A DNA stretch of 64,000 bases from Escherichia phage REP1: the sequence record OQ174500.1, one strand, 5' to 3'. This document shows, piece by piece, positions 31,065-42,312 of the stretch. The notes under the pieces were generated by a model, which saw only the letters and a program-made list of their open reading frames with translations, did no database searches and was not told the DNA's origin. The stretch's first letter is position 1; each line of letters opens with the position of its first letter. Both the position numbers and the translations under genes were made by a program.

Positions 31065-32158
31065 TAAAAAGTCCCCGCATATAAAGAAGCACGGTTTAAC
31101 GTGATAATTTCTCTCATAGTAATCTCGAGAGTAAATGTACTAGGGAGGTTTGGAGCAATAGCTAATCCGTTAAAGTTACCGTTAGGTGTTTTATCAAATC
31201 TAATGCTTTGTATTTGGCATGGACCAAATATTTCCGTTTTTCCATCAAACTTAGATGTTGCACCAAAGTTTTTCACCATCCAAATTGTCGGGTTTGAAAC
31301 TACAAGAACGTTCGTTAAACTTGCTGTCATTTTCTCAAATAGTGTTTTATTTTTAGCTGCGTCTTCCGGAGATAAAGGTTCAATTAATGTAGAACGATAC
31401 CAATCATCTAAATACCCCTTTATTTCAGCAGCATATTGAGATTTACCCGTTTCACCATAAGAAAAATAGTTAAAATATTGATAGATATTAATAATAGCCA
31501 TTAAATCTTCTGTTGAGCGTGGAGTCAAATCCCACGTAAACACTTTAGTTCTATTTTCAGCGCCACCGTACATACTTCTGGCTGTCGTATAAATCTGCTC
31601 ATTATTATCAGCCATTATACCTTGTGTTATACTTTCCAGTGCCCCAAATACTGCGGTTGAAGCAATATTACTTAGCACACCAGTAGCAGTACCTCCGCCT
31701 CTGCTGATAAGACTTTCTTGAACATCATTAAATCTATGTGATGATGTATCAACATCAGATTTAGATCTCGGTAAAAGAATGTTTGCGACAGGAGCTTTAC
31801 TTATTGTTCCTGAATTATTATTTGATATTAATCCATTTGATAGTTTTGATACTGTACTACTAATAGTGTTTCTAGCTGTACTTAAAATACTCGAAGATGA
31901 AGAAGAGTAGTTAGATCTCATCGATCTAAGACTTCCAGAATCCCTAGATGACATATTGTATGCAGTAAATAATAATCCATTCTTATATAGATCTGTTACC
32001 TGGAAGTCCCCTGTAGTGTCATTACCACTAGCACGCCCAGTTGGAAACTGGGCAGTGTATGTTTTAGTTACTACTTCTGATTTAGTGCTCTGTCCAGCTG
32101 AAATTTTCTCACCGGACTTTTTAATTAAATCAGTAGTTATTTCTTTAACAATTGCCAT
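31064..32158 (-). CDS. 48: Baseplate tail tube cap gp48
   Basis: 364 aa, equals T4 gp48 length; synteny. Confidence 0.85.
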   Translation of the reverse strand: MAIVKEITTDLIKKSGEKISAGQSTKSEVVTKTYTAQFPTGRASGNDTTGDFQVTDLYKNGLLFTAYNMSSRDSGSLRSMRSNYSSSSSSILSTARNTISSTVSKLSNGLISNNNSGTISKAPVANILLPRSKSDVDTSSHRFNDVQESLISRGGGTATGVLSNIASTAVFGALESITQGIMADNNEQIYTTARSMYGGAENRTKVFTWDLTPRSTEDLMAIINIYQYFNYFSYGETGKSQYAAEIKGYLDDWYRSTLIEPLSPEDAAKNKTLFEKMTASLTNVLVVSNPTIWMVKNFGATSKFDGKTEIFGPCQIQSIRFDKTPNGNFNGLAIAPNLPSTFTLEITMREIITLNRASLYAGTF

Positions 32159-32166
32159 ATTATTCC

Positions 32167-33939
32167 TTAATTAACTCCAGTCGCATCAAATACACCAGGA
32201 GCAGTTGTGCTTGTGACAGGTGTCATATTATGAACGACAGTATTTTTCTTAATAACATTATTAGTATTATTGATCGAAGGAGATGCTTGTTGAACAGGAG
32301 CTTGTTGTGCTTTGTTCTTTTCTATTACCTGGACTTGTTTTGCTTCTGGTGATTTAGCAGAAGTTTCAGGTTTGGCATTAGGCTGATTTTTCTTGAGCTC
32401 TTGATAAGTAGCATCAATTTTAGAAAATCTAGCAGCAAGTTCTTTTTTAACTGCCGGTGAATTATTTAAATCCGGGTCATCCATCCGTTTTTTAAGGTCT
32501 TCATAGGCAGCTTCAACTGATTTAACCGTTGAGTCTTTACTCATATCAGCTGAATCAGCATATTTTTCAAAGCGAATCATTGCGGCACGGGCTTCATTAG
32601 CCTTCATTAAAGCATTTTTTCTTTCTTCAGGTGAAAGTTGCTTTAATTTTTCTTCTTCTGCTGCGCGTTCTTCGTCGGTAGTTAGTGCTTCTTTATTATC
32701 AACCCCACGAATCCAATTAGATGCACGAGTTTTCCAATTAGCAATTTTATCTAATCCTTTTGCTATCGGACCAAGGTCTCCATTCATTCGTTTATCTTGA
32801 TAATTTGCAACTTTTTCCTGGTCTTCTTTATTGAGAGATGCTCCAGTAGAATTTTGGAAATTTTCTAATGCTCTTCCTTCTACTTCATCAGCAGTATCCT
32901 TCATACCAGGAATGACTCGAAGAATTGCTGCAGATAATTTAGCCATACCTAATTGAATAAGTTCACCTAAATTAAAAAGAACACTTCCGAGTCCTTCAAC
33001 AATAGCTGCTGTCAATCCACCCCAATCTCCTGCTTCCCAAAGTTGTTTAATTTTATCAATAGAATCAAAGATGCTCTGTAATAAAGGACCCCATGTTCCG
33101 GTTTCGCTAGAGAATTTAGTAAAGTCAGTATTAAATAAATCCCAGGCTTTTGAAAATTTATCTGACCAGTATTTAAAGTGAACCATCAAAAGGTCTATTC
33201 CAACAACAACAGCCAATATCATTGCAGTCATTTTAGCAGCTTCAATAGCAGCACTAACGGTGTACTTAAATAGCATGCTTGATATTTTATCAGTAATTGA
33301 AATGGATTTTTTAAATCCAAAATCAACTGTCTTTGTTAATTTATCTAAAGCTTGTGATAATTTTAAATTAAATGCTTCTTTTTTCTGTTTTTCTTCTGGC
33401 GATTCTTGTTTAGGTTCAACTGGCTGAGGGGTAGGGAAAAAATCAGCATCAGGATCATTATTAACTGCTTCAGGAGCCGGTAATAAAGGACCCACAGATT
33501 CAGCTGTATCGTCCTCAACAACTTTAACAGGAATAGCGCTTTCAACCGTAGCTAAACTAGTTCCTGTTTGTTGAATTCCGGCTGTCTGGATTTTTTGCTC
33601 TAGTAAACTTGTTAATTTATCTAATTTGCTCCCGAGTGATTCACCGATTTCTTTATTAATATTGTTGCCAATTTCAACAGTTTCAGCAATTAACTCAGAA
33701 CCAGCAGTAGTATCACTCACTGCGCTTTCTACATTGTCAATTGCTCCAATTATTTCATTCGATTTTTCTTCGACAGTTTGAGCAATTAATTCAGAAGCAG
33801 CTTGAGCATCATCCAATTTCGTAGATATATCGTTAAGTCCAGATAAAGTGTTAGAAGCGGATTTAGCCGCTTCCTGTGTTGGTTTATTATCTGAAATAAC
33901 TTTTCTACGCATCGTTTGCATTTCTTGTGGCTTTTTCAT
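32167..33939 (-). CDS. 29: Tail length tape measure / baseplate hub protein gp29
   Basis: 590 aa, equals T4 gp29; synteny 27-28-29-48-54. Confidence 0.88.
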   Translation of the reverse strand: MKKPQEMQTMRRKVISDNKPTQEAAKSASNTLSGLNDISTKLDDAQAASELIAQTVEEKSNEIIGAIDNVESAVSDTTAGSELIAETVEIGNNINKEIGESLGSKLDKLTSLLEQKIQTAGIQQTGTSLATVESAIPVKVVEDDTAESVGPLLPAPEAVNNDPDADFFPTPQPVEPKQESPEEKQKKEAFNLKLSQALDKLTKTVDFGFKKSISITDKISSMLFKYTVSAAIEAAKMTAMILAVVVGIDLLMVHFKYWSDKFSKAWDLFNTDFTKFSSETGTWGPLLQSIFDSIDKIKQLWEAGDWGGLTAAIVEGLGSVLFNLGELIQLGMAKLSAAILRVIPGMKDTADEVEGRALENFQNSTGASLNKEDQEKVANYQDKRMNGDLGPIAKGLDKIANWKTRASNWIRGVDNKEALTTDEERAAEEEKLKQLSPEERKNALMKANEARAAMIRFEKYADSADMSKDSTVKSVEAAYEDLKKRMDDPDLNNSPAVKKELAARFSKIDATYQELKKNQPNAKPETSAKSPEAKQVQVIEKNKAQQAPVQQASPSINNTNNVIKKNTVVHNMTPVTSTTAPGVFDATGVN

Positions 33940-34469
33940 TCAAATAATCCAATAATATTGCCAATTCCGGTTATTGGACCATTAGGGCCAGGAATTGCTA
34001 AAGTTGTAAAAATATCATTTGCCCATTTTAAAACGAATGCTGGCATCTCAAGAAAATTAATTTCTTTAACTTCATCATTGACCTTAAGCAAGCATTTGGA
34101 TAACATATCGCTCACCGTTAAAAATTGTTCAAATTTTCCAGGAGGTCTAAAATAAAATGTATTTCCTTGGTATTGAAATTCTAATCTTTGGCATACATAA
34201 ACATCATTAATGTCATAAGTATAACCATCTATTTCTTTACGAGATTTAATCTTTCCATTAAATTCCAATAAATGAATGGAAACGAAATCAACTTCTGCTG
34301 GTGATAAATTCGGGCAAATAGAATCAATAAGAAGTTTTAAATTTTCATCAGGACCTTTAACATCTTTTAAAATGTTATAATGTTTAAGACCCATTTTAGG
34401 AATAGAAACTTCTTTATTGCTTATTGGAAGAACTACTTTCTTCAGTGGTAGTATCAGATTTAAATTCAT
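33936..34469 (-). CDS. 28: Baseplate hub distal subunit gp28
   Basis: 177 aa, equals T4 gp28; overlaps gp27 end. Confidence 0.8.
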   Translation of the reverse strand: MNLNLILPLKKVVLPISNKEVSIPKMGLKHYNILKDVKGPDENLKLLIDSICPNLSPAEVDFVSIHLLEFNGKIKSRKEIDGYTYDINDVYVCQRLEFQYQGNTFYFRPPGKFEQFLTVSDMLSKCLLKVNDEVKEINFLEMPAFVLKWANDIFTTLAIPGPNGPITGIGNIIGLFE

Positions 34470-35589
34470 TTTTAACCTTAACTGGGTCTATTGTTTCCAG
34501 TTTCGTTGCATTAGTGAACATATATAGATGTGTTACTGAATTATTATTGGATAATTCATGGATAACTTCATCAACGTAAAATTCTGTTTTAAATTGGTTT
34601 TTACTATCATTAAAAATAATTTTAACGCCAGGAGTCAAGTTAAAATTACCGACAGTAGAACATTTAGCATAGCCGTCATATTGTGCCATAGTTTGAAGAC
34701 GAATAGCTTCTTCATACCCGTTCCTATAAGTCATTTCAGAATAAGCACCTGATCTTGACACTACAATAGAGTTTTCGCCCTTTCCTGTAGTAATCATTGG
34801 CAATGAAGAATCTAAAAATGAATGCGCATAGATAGTAGCGTTTTTCATTGGGTCACGTTTGTGAGGATTTGATTTAGTCAACCAAACGAAATCATATGCT
34901 AATGGATATTTTAATTCTTGGATGAATTGACCTATTAAAGATGGCTCACCGACAATCATTGGATACGGTTCTTGATTTATCATCATATCATAGTCCATCA
35001 TGTTAACTCCCATGATGTCTTGCCACACAAACACAAATTTGTCACTTCCTACAGCTAGAGCAACTTCTCTGACATACGACAAATAGTTTTCAAATGTGCT
35101 AGTCCACGGAATATCAGGAACATAAGCATTTATAGCATTTATTGCTGGAGTTAATAATGTGCGATCTTGATAAATGACACCAAGCATTTCCTTTATAGAT
35201 TCACCTGCATCAGAGAAAAACGGTCTGCCAAATTTAAGATTTTCTATAGAATGAATAGTTCCTAATTCAATAGCAATGATGTTATCACCCTTTGAATCTA
35301 CTGACACGGAAAAATGCTTACATCCATAAATTCGTGTTTTAACATTATTAATATCGTTTGCATTAGCTACAGAAATCTGAATTATTTCATTTCCATCCAT
35401 TTTTGTATGGATATTTTTAGAATCATAAAACTGCAGCATTCCTTCATTTCGGCCATAAAGAGAATCCCGCATAGTTAATGTGGTAATAGTAGCAGCTAAT
35501 TCAACAAATCTATTATTACTCCAAGCGTCGTAGCTATCAAATAATTTAACGCTGAGATTTGGATATCCGGGGCGTTGCAACATACTCAT
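34414..35589 (-). CDS. 27: Baseplate hub subunit gp27
   Basis: 391 aa, equals T4 gp27. Confidence 0.9.
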   Translation of the reverse strand: MSMLQRPGYPNLSVKLFDSYDAWSNNRFVELAATITTLTMRDSLYGRNEGMLQFYDSKNIHTKMDGNEIIQISVANANDINNVKTRIYGCKHFSVSVDSKGDNIIAIELGTIHSIENLKFGRPFFSDAGESIKEMLGVIYQDRTLLTPAINAINAYVPDIPWTSTFENYLSYVREVALAVGSDKFVFVWQDIMGVNMMDYDMMINQEPYPMIVGEPSLIGQFIQELKYPLAYDFVWLTKSNPHKRDPMKNATIYAHSFLDSSLPMITTGKGENSIVVSRSGAYSEMTYRNGYEEAIRLQTMAQYDGYAKCSTVGNFNLTPGVKIIFNDSKNQFKTEFYVDEVIHELSNNNSVTHLYMFTNATKLETIDPVKVKNEFKSDTTTEESSSSNKQ

Positions 35590-36338
35590 TATTGTTTATC
35601 CTTCTCAATCAGTTTTAATACGAATCCGCGCTCAGCAGGAATCATTTTCATTATTGAATTTAAGCTATAATTACTTTTTACGAGTGTGTGATTAATTTGA
35701 TAAAAAGTAAATATTTCATCTGGGTTAACTAATAGCTTAAACACATCTACTATATCAGTGTATCTTTTTACATACTTATTACAACATGACATATGTAATG
35801 TTAAATTAATAGGATTCATTGCATCGAGAATTTTTTCTAATGTTTCTATCTCGATGGCATCAACAAGTTCTATTTGACTTGATTCACTAATTTCCTTCCA
35901 ATCATACCACGTTTCATCTACTTGGACAGAATGAATATTTTCAGTAATCATCTTTGCTTTATTTTCATAAAACTCAGAAGGAAACTTTAATTTAATTTTA
36001 ACATTAGCTACATCAAAAACAGGTTCCTTTAATTCTTTTTGATATATTTCAAATGGAACTGTCTTTTCTTTTTTACATTTTGGACATACAAATGTGACTG
36101 GTACTTTAGTTTTACCTATTGACCCTACAAATACCTGCAAAAATATAAATGGTTGCCAAGTCTTTGGATAATCTCCAAAATAATCAGCAATTAAATCAGC
36201 AATTACTTCTTTTTGTTCTTGTGGTGACCGATGTTCTATATCGTTTCGAACTAACAAAAAATCTCGATAATCTTCTACCGTAAATGGTTTAAAACGATGA
36301 ACACCATCTGGTAATTTACAACGAATAATGTTTGCCAT
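35589..36338 (-). CDS. 51: Baseplate hub assembly catalyst gp51
   Basis: 249 aa, equals T4 gp51; divergent from gene 26. Confidence 0.85.
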   Translation of the reverse strand: MANIIRCKLPDGVHRFKPFTVEDYRDFLLVRNDIEHRSPQEQKEVIADLIADYFGDYPKTWQPFIFLQVFVGSIGKTKVPVTFVCPKCKKEKTVPFEIYQKELKEPVFDVANVKIKLKFPSEFYENKAKMITENIHSVQVDETWYDWKEISESSQIELVDAIEIETLEKILDAMNPINLTLHMSCCNKYVKRYTDIVDVFKLLVNPDEIFTFYQINHTLVKSNYSLNSIMKMIPAERGFVLKLIEKDKQ

Positions 36339-36359
36339 AGATGCTCCTTTTATTCTATT

Positions 36360-36367
36360 TATAAATA
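36360..36367 (+). promoter_or_regulatory. Late promoter TATAAATA for gene 26
   Basis: Exact TATAAATA 21 nt upstream of gp26 ATG. Confidence 0.55.
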
Positions 36368-36388
36368 TGATAAATAAAGGAGCTAAAT

Positions 36389-37015
36389 ATGTATGAATAC
36401 AAATTTGATGTGAGAATTGGTTCTAAAATAATCAATTGTCGCGCATTCACGCTTAAAGAATATCTAGAACTTATTACTGCCAAAAATAATGGTTCCGTAG
36501 AAGTAATTGTTAAAAAGCTAATCAAAGACTGCACAAATGCAAAAGATTTAAACCGCCAAGAATCAGAACTATTGTTGATTCATTTATGGGCACATTCTCT
36601 CGGTGAAGTTAATCACGAAAACTCCTGGAAGTGCACCTGTGGAACTGAAATACCAACCCATATAAATCTATTACATACACAAATAGATGCACCAGAAGAC
36701 CTCTGGTATACACTGGGTGACATTAAAATTAAATTCCGATACCCTAAAATTTTTGATGATAAAAATATAGCCCACATGATAGTATCATGCATAGAAACGA
36801 TTCATGCTAACGGGGAAAGCATTCCAGTTGAAGACTTAAATGAAAAAGAACTGGAAGATTTATATTCTATCATCACAGAGTCAGATATTGTAGCTATAAA
36901 AGATATGCTTTTAAAGCCTACTGTTTATTTGGCTGTTCCAATTAAGTGTCCAGAGTGTGGAAAAACTCACGCTCATGTAATAAGAGGACTCAAAGAATTC
37001 TTTGAGCTATTGTAA
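36389..37015 (+). CDS. 26: Baseplate hub subunit gp26
   Basis: 208 aa, equals T4 gp26. Confidence 0.85.
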   Translation: MYEYKFDVRIGSKIINCRAFTLKEYLELITAKNNGSVEVIVKKLIKDCTNAKDLNRQESELLLIHLWAHSLGEVNHENSWKCTCGTEIPTHINLLHTQIDAPEDLWYTLGDIKIKFRYPKIFDDKNIAHMIVSCIETIHANGESIPVEDLNEKELEDLYSIITESDIVAIKDMLLKPTVYLAVPIKCPECGKTHAHVIRGLKEFFELL

Positions 37016-37413
37016 TGGCAAATATTAATAAGCTTTATTCTGACATTGACCCAGAAATGAAAATGGATTGGGACAAAGACGTTTCCAGATCTCTTGGATT
37101 AAGGTCAATTAAAAATAGCCTTTTAGGAATTATTACAACCAGGAAAGGGTCAAGGCCATTTGACCCAGAGTTTGGATGCGATTTATCTGATCAGCTTTTT
37201 GAGAATATGACTCCTCTTACTGCTGACACAGTTGAGCGTAACATTGAAAGCGCAGTAAGAAACTACGAGCCACGTATTGATAAATTAGCAGTTAATGTAA
37301 TACCAGTTTATGATGATTATACTCTGATAGTAGAAATACGCTTTTCAGTCATCGATAACCCTGATGATATTGAGCAGATAAAACTACAACTGGCTTCCAG
37401 TAACAGAGTATAA
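37015..37413 (+). CDS. 25: Baseplate wedge subunit gp25
   Basis: 132 aa [36 protein letters not shown]... matches T4 gp25. Confidence 0.9.
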   Translation: MANINKLYSDIDPEMKMDWDKDVSRSLGLRSIKNSLLGIITTRKGSRPFDPEFGCDLSDQLFENMTPLTADTVERNIESAVRNYEPRIDKLAVNVIPVYDDYTLIVEIRFSVIDNPDDIEQIKLQLASSNRV

Positions 37414-37439
37414 TGCTTCACGTATAAACGTGGTATAAT
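37414..37439 (+). promoter_or_regulatory. Middle-mode promoter for uvsY (MotA box plus -10)
   Basis: aaTGCTTca at 37414-37418, 15-nt gap, TATAAT at 37434-37439. Confidence 0.7.
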
Positions 37440-37479
37440 GAATCTAAGTCCATCCAATAACAATTGAATAGAGAACAAT

Positions 37480-37893
37480 ATGAAATTAGAAGATCTTCAA
37501 GAAGAATTGAAGAAAGATGTGTTTATAGATTCGACTAAATTACAGTATGAAGCAGCTAATAATGTGATGTTATATAGTAAATGGCTCAATAAGCATTCAA
37601 GTATTAAAAAGGAAATGCTTAGAATTGATGCACAGAAAAAAGTTGCTCTTAAAGCTAAATTAGACTACTACTCGGGACGAGGAGATGGTGATGAATTTAG
37701 TATGGATCGTTACGAGAAATCAGAAATGAAGACAGTTCTATCAGCTGATAAGGATGTTTTAAAAGTTGATACTTCATTGCAATATTGGGGAATTTTATTG
37801 GATTTCTGTAGCGGAGCTCTTGATGCTATTAAATCACGTGGATTTGCTATTAAGCATATTCAAGACATGCGAGCATTTGAGGCTGGAAAATAA
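37480..37893 (+). CDS. uvsY: Recombination mediator UvsY
   Basis: 137 aa MKLEDLQEELKKDVFIDSTKLQYEAANNVMLYSKWLNKH... matches T4 UvsY. Confidence 0.93.
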   Translation: MKLEDLQEELKKDVFIDSTKLQYEAANNVMLYSKWLNKHSSIKKEMLRIDAQKKVALKAKLDYYSGRGDGDEFSMDRYEKSEMKTVLSADKDVLKVDTSLQYWGILLDFCSGALDAIKSRGFAIKHIQDMRAFEAGK

Positions 37894-38117
37894 TGAGATA
37901 TAGCATTGATGATGCTTTTAATTATGAAGAAGAATTTGAAACGGAAATTCAATTCTTAATGAAAAAGCATAATCTTAAGCGTCAGGATATTCGTATCCTG
38001 GCCGACCATCCATGCGGTGAAGATGTACTTTATGTTAAAGGAAAATTTGCCGGATATCTTGATGAATATTTTTATTCTAAAGATATGGGCATTGATATGC
38101 ATATGAGAGTTATATAA
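37893..38117 (+). CDS. Hypothetical protein, 74 aa (uvsY.-1 position)
   Basis: ORF with ATGA overlap to uvsY. Confidence 0.55.
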   Translation: MRYSIDDAFNYEEEFETEIQFLMKKHNLKRQDIRILADHPCGEDVLYVKGKFAGYLDEYFYSKDMGIDMHMRVI

Positions 38118-38120
38118 ATA
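38113..38120 (+). promoter_or_regulatory. Late promoter TATAAATA
   Basis: Exact TATAAATA 26 nt upstream of ORF 38146. Confidence 0.45.
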
Positions 38121-38145
38121 GATATATAATTTAGAGGAGACAATC

Positions 38146-38313
38146 ATGTCAGATAAGATTTGCGTTGTCTGTAAAACTCCAATCGATTCTGCATTGGTTG
38201 TTGAAACAGACAAAGGTCCTGTACATCCTGGGCCTTGTTATAATTACATTAAAGAACTACCAGTTTCAGAAAGTTCGGAAGAACAATTAAATGAAACACA
38301 ACTTTTGCTATAG
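38146..38313 (+). CDS. Small Cys-containing protein, 55 aa (uvsY.-2 position)
   Basis: MSDKICVVCKTPIDSALVVETDKGPVHPGPCYNY... with GAGGAG SD; not in ORF track (under 60 aa). Confidence 0.5.
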   Translation: MSDKICVVCKTPIDSALVVETDKGPVHPGPCYNYIKELPVSESSEEQLNETQLLL

Positions 38314-38336
38314 TGTGACCTTTAGTCTATAGTTTT

Positions 38337-38366
38337 GGCCCTTCCTTTTTGGTTGGGCCTTTTTTA
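38337..38366. terminator. Bidirectional terminator hairpin
   Basis: ggccc...gggcc stem followed by T-run; lies between convergent ORF 38146 and uvsW.1. Confidence 0.6.
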
Positions 38367-38368
38367 AT

Positions 38369-38611
38369 TTAAAAGCTTTCTTCTACTTCATCGTCTGAAT
38401 CTTCTAATTCAGCTCTTTTTCCTGCCAAAGCATCTCTCACAGAGATGTCATCAGTATCTTTTAATTCAGTTTCTTTAACTCTTTTCTTATAATAAGCTTC
38501 AAGTTCTTCTAGACCTTCTAATGTTTGACAAGAGGCAATTTTACCCATAAATTCATCAATAGAAGCTTCATAAAGAAATTGTTTAAATTCTAGTAACATC
38601 TTTTTCTCCAA
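38369..38611 (-). CDS. uvsW.1: UvsW.1 small acidic protein
   Basis: 80 aa immediately downstream of uvsW on the same strand, as in T4. Confidence 0.7.
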   Translation of the reverse strand: MEKKMLLEFKQFLYEASIDEFMGKIASCQTLEGLEELEAYYKKRVKETELKDTDDISVRDALAGKRAELEDSDDEVEESF

Positions 38612-38624
38612 AGGGCCGAAGCCC

Positions 38625-40136
38625 TTATAAATTAACTGTTTTCATTACGTAATTAAATTTTTCATCTGCGTAGCGCTGAATACGATCAATGCCGTGTTTT
38701 AAAAGATAGTTCAAATGAACATATTTCTTTTTCGTATTAGCAGATTTTGGCTTAACGCCACAATCATCTATGAGGTCCCAAACGGTTGCTATTGTCTTAG
38801 AACCATGCTTACGTAATACACGACCGATTGTTTGTAATACAATGATTTTTGATTTAACACCGTGCGCTAAAACAACGTGATGCAGATTTTTAACTGAAAT
38901 ACCAGTAGAAAATACACCATAACTAGCTACTATAATTATTCCTTTACCATTTTCAGCTAAGGTTTTCATTATATTGCGGGTTTCGGTATCAACTTCCCCT
39001 GATACGTAATAAACTTTATCGTATTCATTTTTAATTAAATCGAAAATAGCTTTACCATGTGATACATGTTTAAACATGACAAAAGCGTTTTCATCTTTTT
39101 GCGCAAGCTTAATAGCTAATTTAGCGATCCATTTATTTCTTTTACTAAGCCCAGTAATAATTTTTATTTCTTCTTGGTAAGTTTTTCCCTTTAATTTAGT
39201 AGTGAACTCATCGGGATAGCGAAGAAAAATACTATTAATTTTTAGCTCAGTTACTTGCCCATCTTCCATTAATTTAGAAGTCGTTACTGGCTTAAATATT
39301 TCACCAAACATTCCAACATACTGCATGATATTAGCTTTGCCATCACGTAATGAACCGGACAAACCGAATTTGAACATGCAGTTATTTAAACCTGATATGA
39401 TAGATGAAATACTTTTTCCTGTAGCAAGATGGCATTCATCATTCATCATCATTCCAAACTGTGAGAACCATTCTTTCGGTTGTTTAACTACAGTTTGCCA
39501 TGTACCAACAACGACTGGTGCATCATTTTTATATTTATCATCTTTTGATGCTCCGCCGCCAATTTTCTTTATCATTGCATGACTGAATAAACGATAGTCA
39601 ACAAAGTCATCAGCCATCTGAGTTGTCAGAGCAGTTGTTGGAACAATGATAAGAATTTTACCTTCATAATTTTCCAAATAATACCGAGCGAGCAAAGCTT
39701 GAATTAAAGATTTACCTGCGGATGTTGGAAGATTAAGAATTCTACGACGATTAACTAATCCTTCGAACACTGCATCTTTTTGATACCAATGTGGTTCAAT
39801 TCTTTTATTTCCTGAATAGATTTCTAATTTAGAAAGCCATTCATCAAAATCTTTTCTTGATAATTCTTCTTTTTCGTTAATTTGTGGGTCAATCCAGGCT
39901 TTATAGCCAAAGTTATCACAGAACTTTTTAATTTGCCCGACTAATCCAAATGGAAGAAGGCGATTATAATCTAAAAGACGGATTCGTCCATCCCAGTGGC
40001 CATATTTGTATTTCGGATTAAAACGATACCCATCAGCTTCAAAGCTAAAGAAATCACGGAGTTCATGAAATGTACTTTCTTCACAATCAATTCTCACGTG
40101 ACTAAAATCATAAAAATGTACTTTAATGTCAGTCAT
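38625..40136 (-). CDS. uvsW: UvsW DNA/RNA helicase (SF2)
   Basis: 503 aa; Walker A-like GKS (LPTSAGKSLIQA), DECH box (MMMNDECHLATGKS); matches T4 UvsW. Confidence 0.93.
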   Translation of the reverse strand: MTDIKVHFYDFSHVRIDCEESTFHELRDFFSFEADGYRFNPKYKYGHWDGRIRLLDYNRLLPFGLVGQIKKFCDNFGYKAWIDPQINEKEELSRKDFDEWLSKLEIYSGNKRIEPHWYQKDAVFEGLVNRRRILNLPTSAGKSLIQALLARYYLENYEGKILIIVPTTALTTQMADDFVDYRLFSHAMIKKIGGGASKDDKYKNDAPVVVGTWQTVVKQPKEWFSQFGMMMNDECHLATGKSISSIISGLNNCMFKFGLSGSLRDGKANIMQYVGMFGEIFKPVTTSKLMEDGQVTELKINSIFLRYPDEFTTKLKGKTYQEEIKIITGLSKRNKWIAKLAIKLAQKDENAFVMFKHVSHGKAIFDLIKNEYDKVYYVSGEVDTETRNIMKTLAENGKGIIIVASYGVFSTGISVKNLHHVVLAHGVKSKIIVLQTIGRVLRKHGSKTIATVWDLIDDCGVKPKSANTKKKYVHLNYLLKHGIDRIQRYADEKFNYVMKTVNL

Positions 40137-40186
40137 GTCTAAATACCATGTAATAAATATATCTATATTTATACTGAGGAAATATT

Positions 40187-40867
40187 ATGATAGATAAAGA
40201 TTATATTGCAGAGCTGAAGGCTCTTGATGATAATAAAGAAGCTAAAGCTAAATTAGCTGAATATGCTGAACAGTTTGGTATAAAGGTCAAAAAGAATAAA
40301 TCTTTTGATAATATCGTTGTTGATATTGAAGAAGCCCTCCAGAAGCTCGCTAGTGAACCTATGCCAGAGACTGATGGGTTATCTATTAAAGACTTAATTG
40401 ATGCTGCTGATGCCGCAGAGGGATTAAAATATGACGATGAAGAAGTCAATCCAGAAGCAGCACTTCTGATTGATTCTCCGGTTAAATCTGACATTAAAAT
40501 TGAAGTAGTAGAAACGGATAAAATTCCTGAAAATACCGATGTTTTGATTGAAGATACTCCTTTTGTTGAAGAAAAATTCGAACAGGCTGTAGCTGAGATT
40601 ATTGAATCTGAAAAGCCGTCTGTATTTACTCTTCCGGAAAACTTTAGCCCGAATCTTCAGTTGATTGGAAAAAATCCAGGATTTTGTACCGTTCCTTGGT
40701 GGATTTATCAATGGATTGCTGAAACTCCGGATTGGAAATCTCACCCAACTAGTTTTGAACATGCGTCAGCACACCAAACTTTATTTAGCTTAATTTATTA
40801 CATTAACCGTGACGGATCAGTTTTAATTCGTGAAACACGCAATTCTTCTTTCGTAACATTAAAATAA
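40187..40867 (+). CDS. inh: Inh, inhibitor of prohead protease
   Basis: 226 aa, position upstream of hoc as in T4. Confidence 0.75.
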   Translation: MIDKDYIAELKALDDNKEAKAKLAEYAEQFGIKVKKNKSFDNIVVDIEEALQKLASEPMPETDGLSIKDLIDAADAAEGLKYDDEEVNPEAALLIDSPVKSDIKIEVVETDKIPENTDVLIEDTPFVEEKFEQAVAEIIESEKPSVFTLPENFSPNLQLIGKNPGFCTVPWWIYQWIAETPDWKSHPTSFEHASAHQTLFSLIYYINRDGSVLIRETRNSSFVTLK

Positions 40868-40876
40868 GGATAACTT

Positions 40877-42007
40877 ATGGCTTTTACAGTTGATATAACT
40901 CCTAAAACGCCTACTGGAGTTATAGATCAGACTCAGCAGTTTACTGCTACGCCCAGTGGTCAAACTGGAGATGGACCTATTACCTATGCTTGGACTGTTG
41001 ATGATGCACCGCAGGAAGAAACGTCTGCAACTTTTAGTTATGTACTAAAAGGTCCTGCTGGACAAAAGACTATTAAGGTAGTTGCAACAAATCCAGTTCC
41101 TGATACTGAAGCTGAAACAGCTCAAGCGTCAACTACTATCACAGTTCAAAATAAGACACAAACGACTACCTTAGCTGTAACTCCTGATAGCCCCGCTGCT
41201 GGAGTAATCGGAACCCCAGTTGAATTTACTGCTGCTTTAGCTTCTCAACCATCAGGCGCATCTGCTACGTATCAATGGTATGTAGATGATTCTCAAATTG
41301 GTGGAGAAACTAACACTACATTTAGTTATACTCCTACTACAAGTGGAGTAAAACGAATTAAATGTGTAGCCCAAGTGACGGCAACAGATTATGACGCAAA
41401 AGAAGTTACTTCTAATGAAGTATCATTAACAGTTAATAAGAAGACAATGAATCCACAGGTTACATTGACTCCTCCTTCTATTAACGTTCAGCAAGATGCT
41501 TCGGCTACATTTACTGCTAATGTCACTGATGCACCAGAAGAAGCGCAAATTGAGTATTCATGGAAGAAAGATTCTTCTCCTGTAGAAGGGTCAACTAACG
41601 TGTATACTGTTGATACGTCATCTGTTGGAAGCCAAACTATTGAAGTTACGGCAATTGTTACTGCTACTGACTATGATAGTAAAACTATTACAGCAGAAGG
41701 TCAAGTTCAAGTGACTGATAAAGTTGCTCCAGAGCCAGAAGGTGAATTGCCTTATGTTCATCCTCTTCCGCACCGTACTTCAGCTTATATCTGGTGCGGT
41801 TGGTGGGTTATGGATGAAATCCAAAAAATGACTGAAGAAGGTAAAGATTGGAAAACTGACGATCCAGATAGTAAGTACTACTTGCATCGTTATACGCTTC
41901 AGAAGATGATGAAAGACTATCCAGAAGTTGATGTTCAAGAATCGCGTAATGGATACATCATCCATAAAACTGCTTTAGAAACTGGTATCATCTATACCTA
42001 TCCATAA
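40877..42007 (+). CDS. hoc: Hoc, highly immunogenic outer capsid protein (Ig-like repeats)
   Basis: 376 aa; repeated Ig-like segments (TYAWTVDD, YQWYVDDS, YSWKKDSS). Confidence 0.9.
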   Translation: MAFTVDITPKTPTGVIDQTQQFTATPSGQTGDGPITYAWTVDDAPQEETSATFSYVLKGPAGQKTIKVVATNPVPDTEAETAQASTTITVQNKTQTTTLAVTPDSPAAGVIGTPVEFTAALASQPSGASATYQWYVDDSQIGGETNTTFSYTPTTSGVKRIKCVAQVTATDYDAKEVTSNEVSLTVNKKTMNPQVTLTPPSINVQQDASATFTANVTDAPEEAQIEYSWKKDSSPVEGSTNVYTVDTSSVGSQTIEVTAIVTATDYDSKTITAEGQVQVTDKVAPEPEGELPYVHPLPHRTSAYIWCGWWVMDEIQKMTEEGKDWKTDDPDSKYYLHRYTLQKMMKDYPEVDVQESRNGYIIHKTALETGIIYTYP

Positions 42008-42013
42008 TCATAA

Positions 42014-42039
42014 GGGGCTTCGGCCCCTTTCTTCATTTT
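42014..42039 (+). terminator. Rho-independent terminator after hoc
   Basis: ggggcttcggcccc plus T-rich tract. Confidence 0.75.
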
Positions 42040-42096
42040 GAAAGCACACAAAACACAATCAGAAAATGATGTATATAATGGCACCAACTCGATAAC

Positions 42097-42312
42097 ATGA
42101 GATTGATTATGAGAACTGAAGTTGTGGTGTTTACGCTTCATGAGTCTGGAAAGTCATTCATTGAAATTGCTCGTGAATTAAACTTACAGGCGAAAGAAGT
42201 GGCTGTATTATGGGCTCGAGCTATGACTGCTAAGAATAAATTTGAAACTCGAGAAAAAGTTGTCTATAGAAAAAGACATATTAATAAAAAGGTGAAAAAT
42301 GGAACAGTATGA
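42097..42312 (+). CDS. 24.3: Hypothetical protein, ~71 aa
   Basis: ORF between hoc and rnlB. Confidence 0.45.
   Translation: MRLIMRTEVVVFTLHESGKSFIEIARELNLQAKEVAVLWARAMTAKNKFETREKVVYRKRHINKKVKNGTV

Noticed and set aside
36339-36388. Possible divergent late promoter pair between genes 51 and 26
   Set aside because: On recount only the plus-strand TATAAATA (gene 26) is exact; the minus strand has only TATAAT-like sequence, so no gene 51 late promoter is called.
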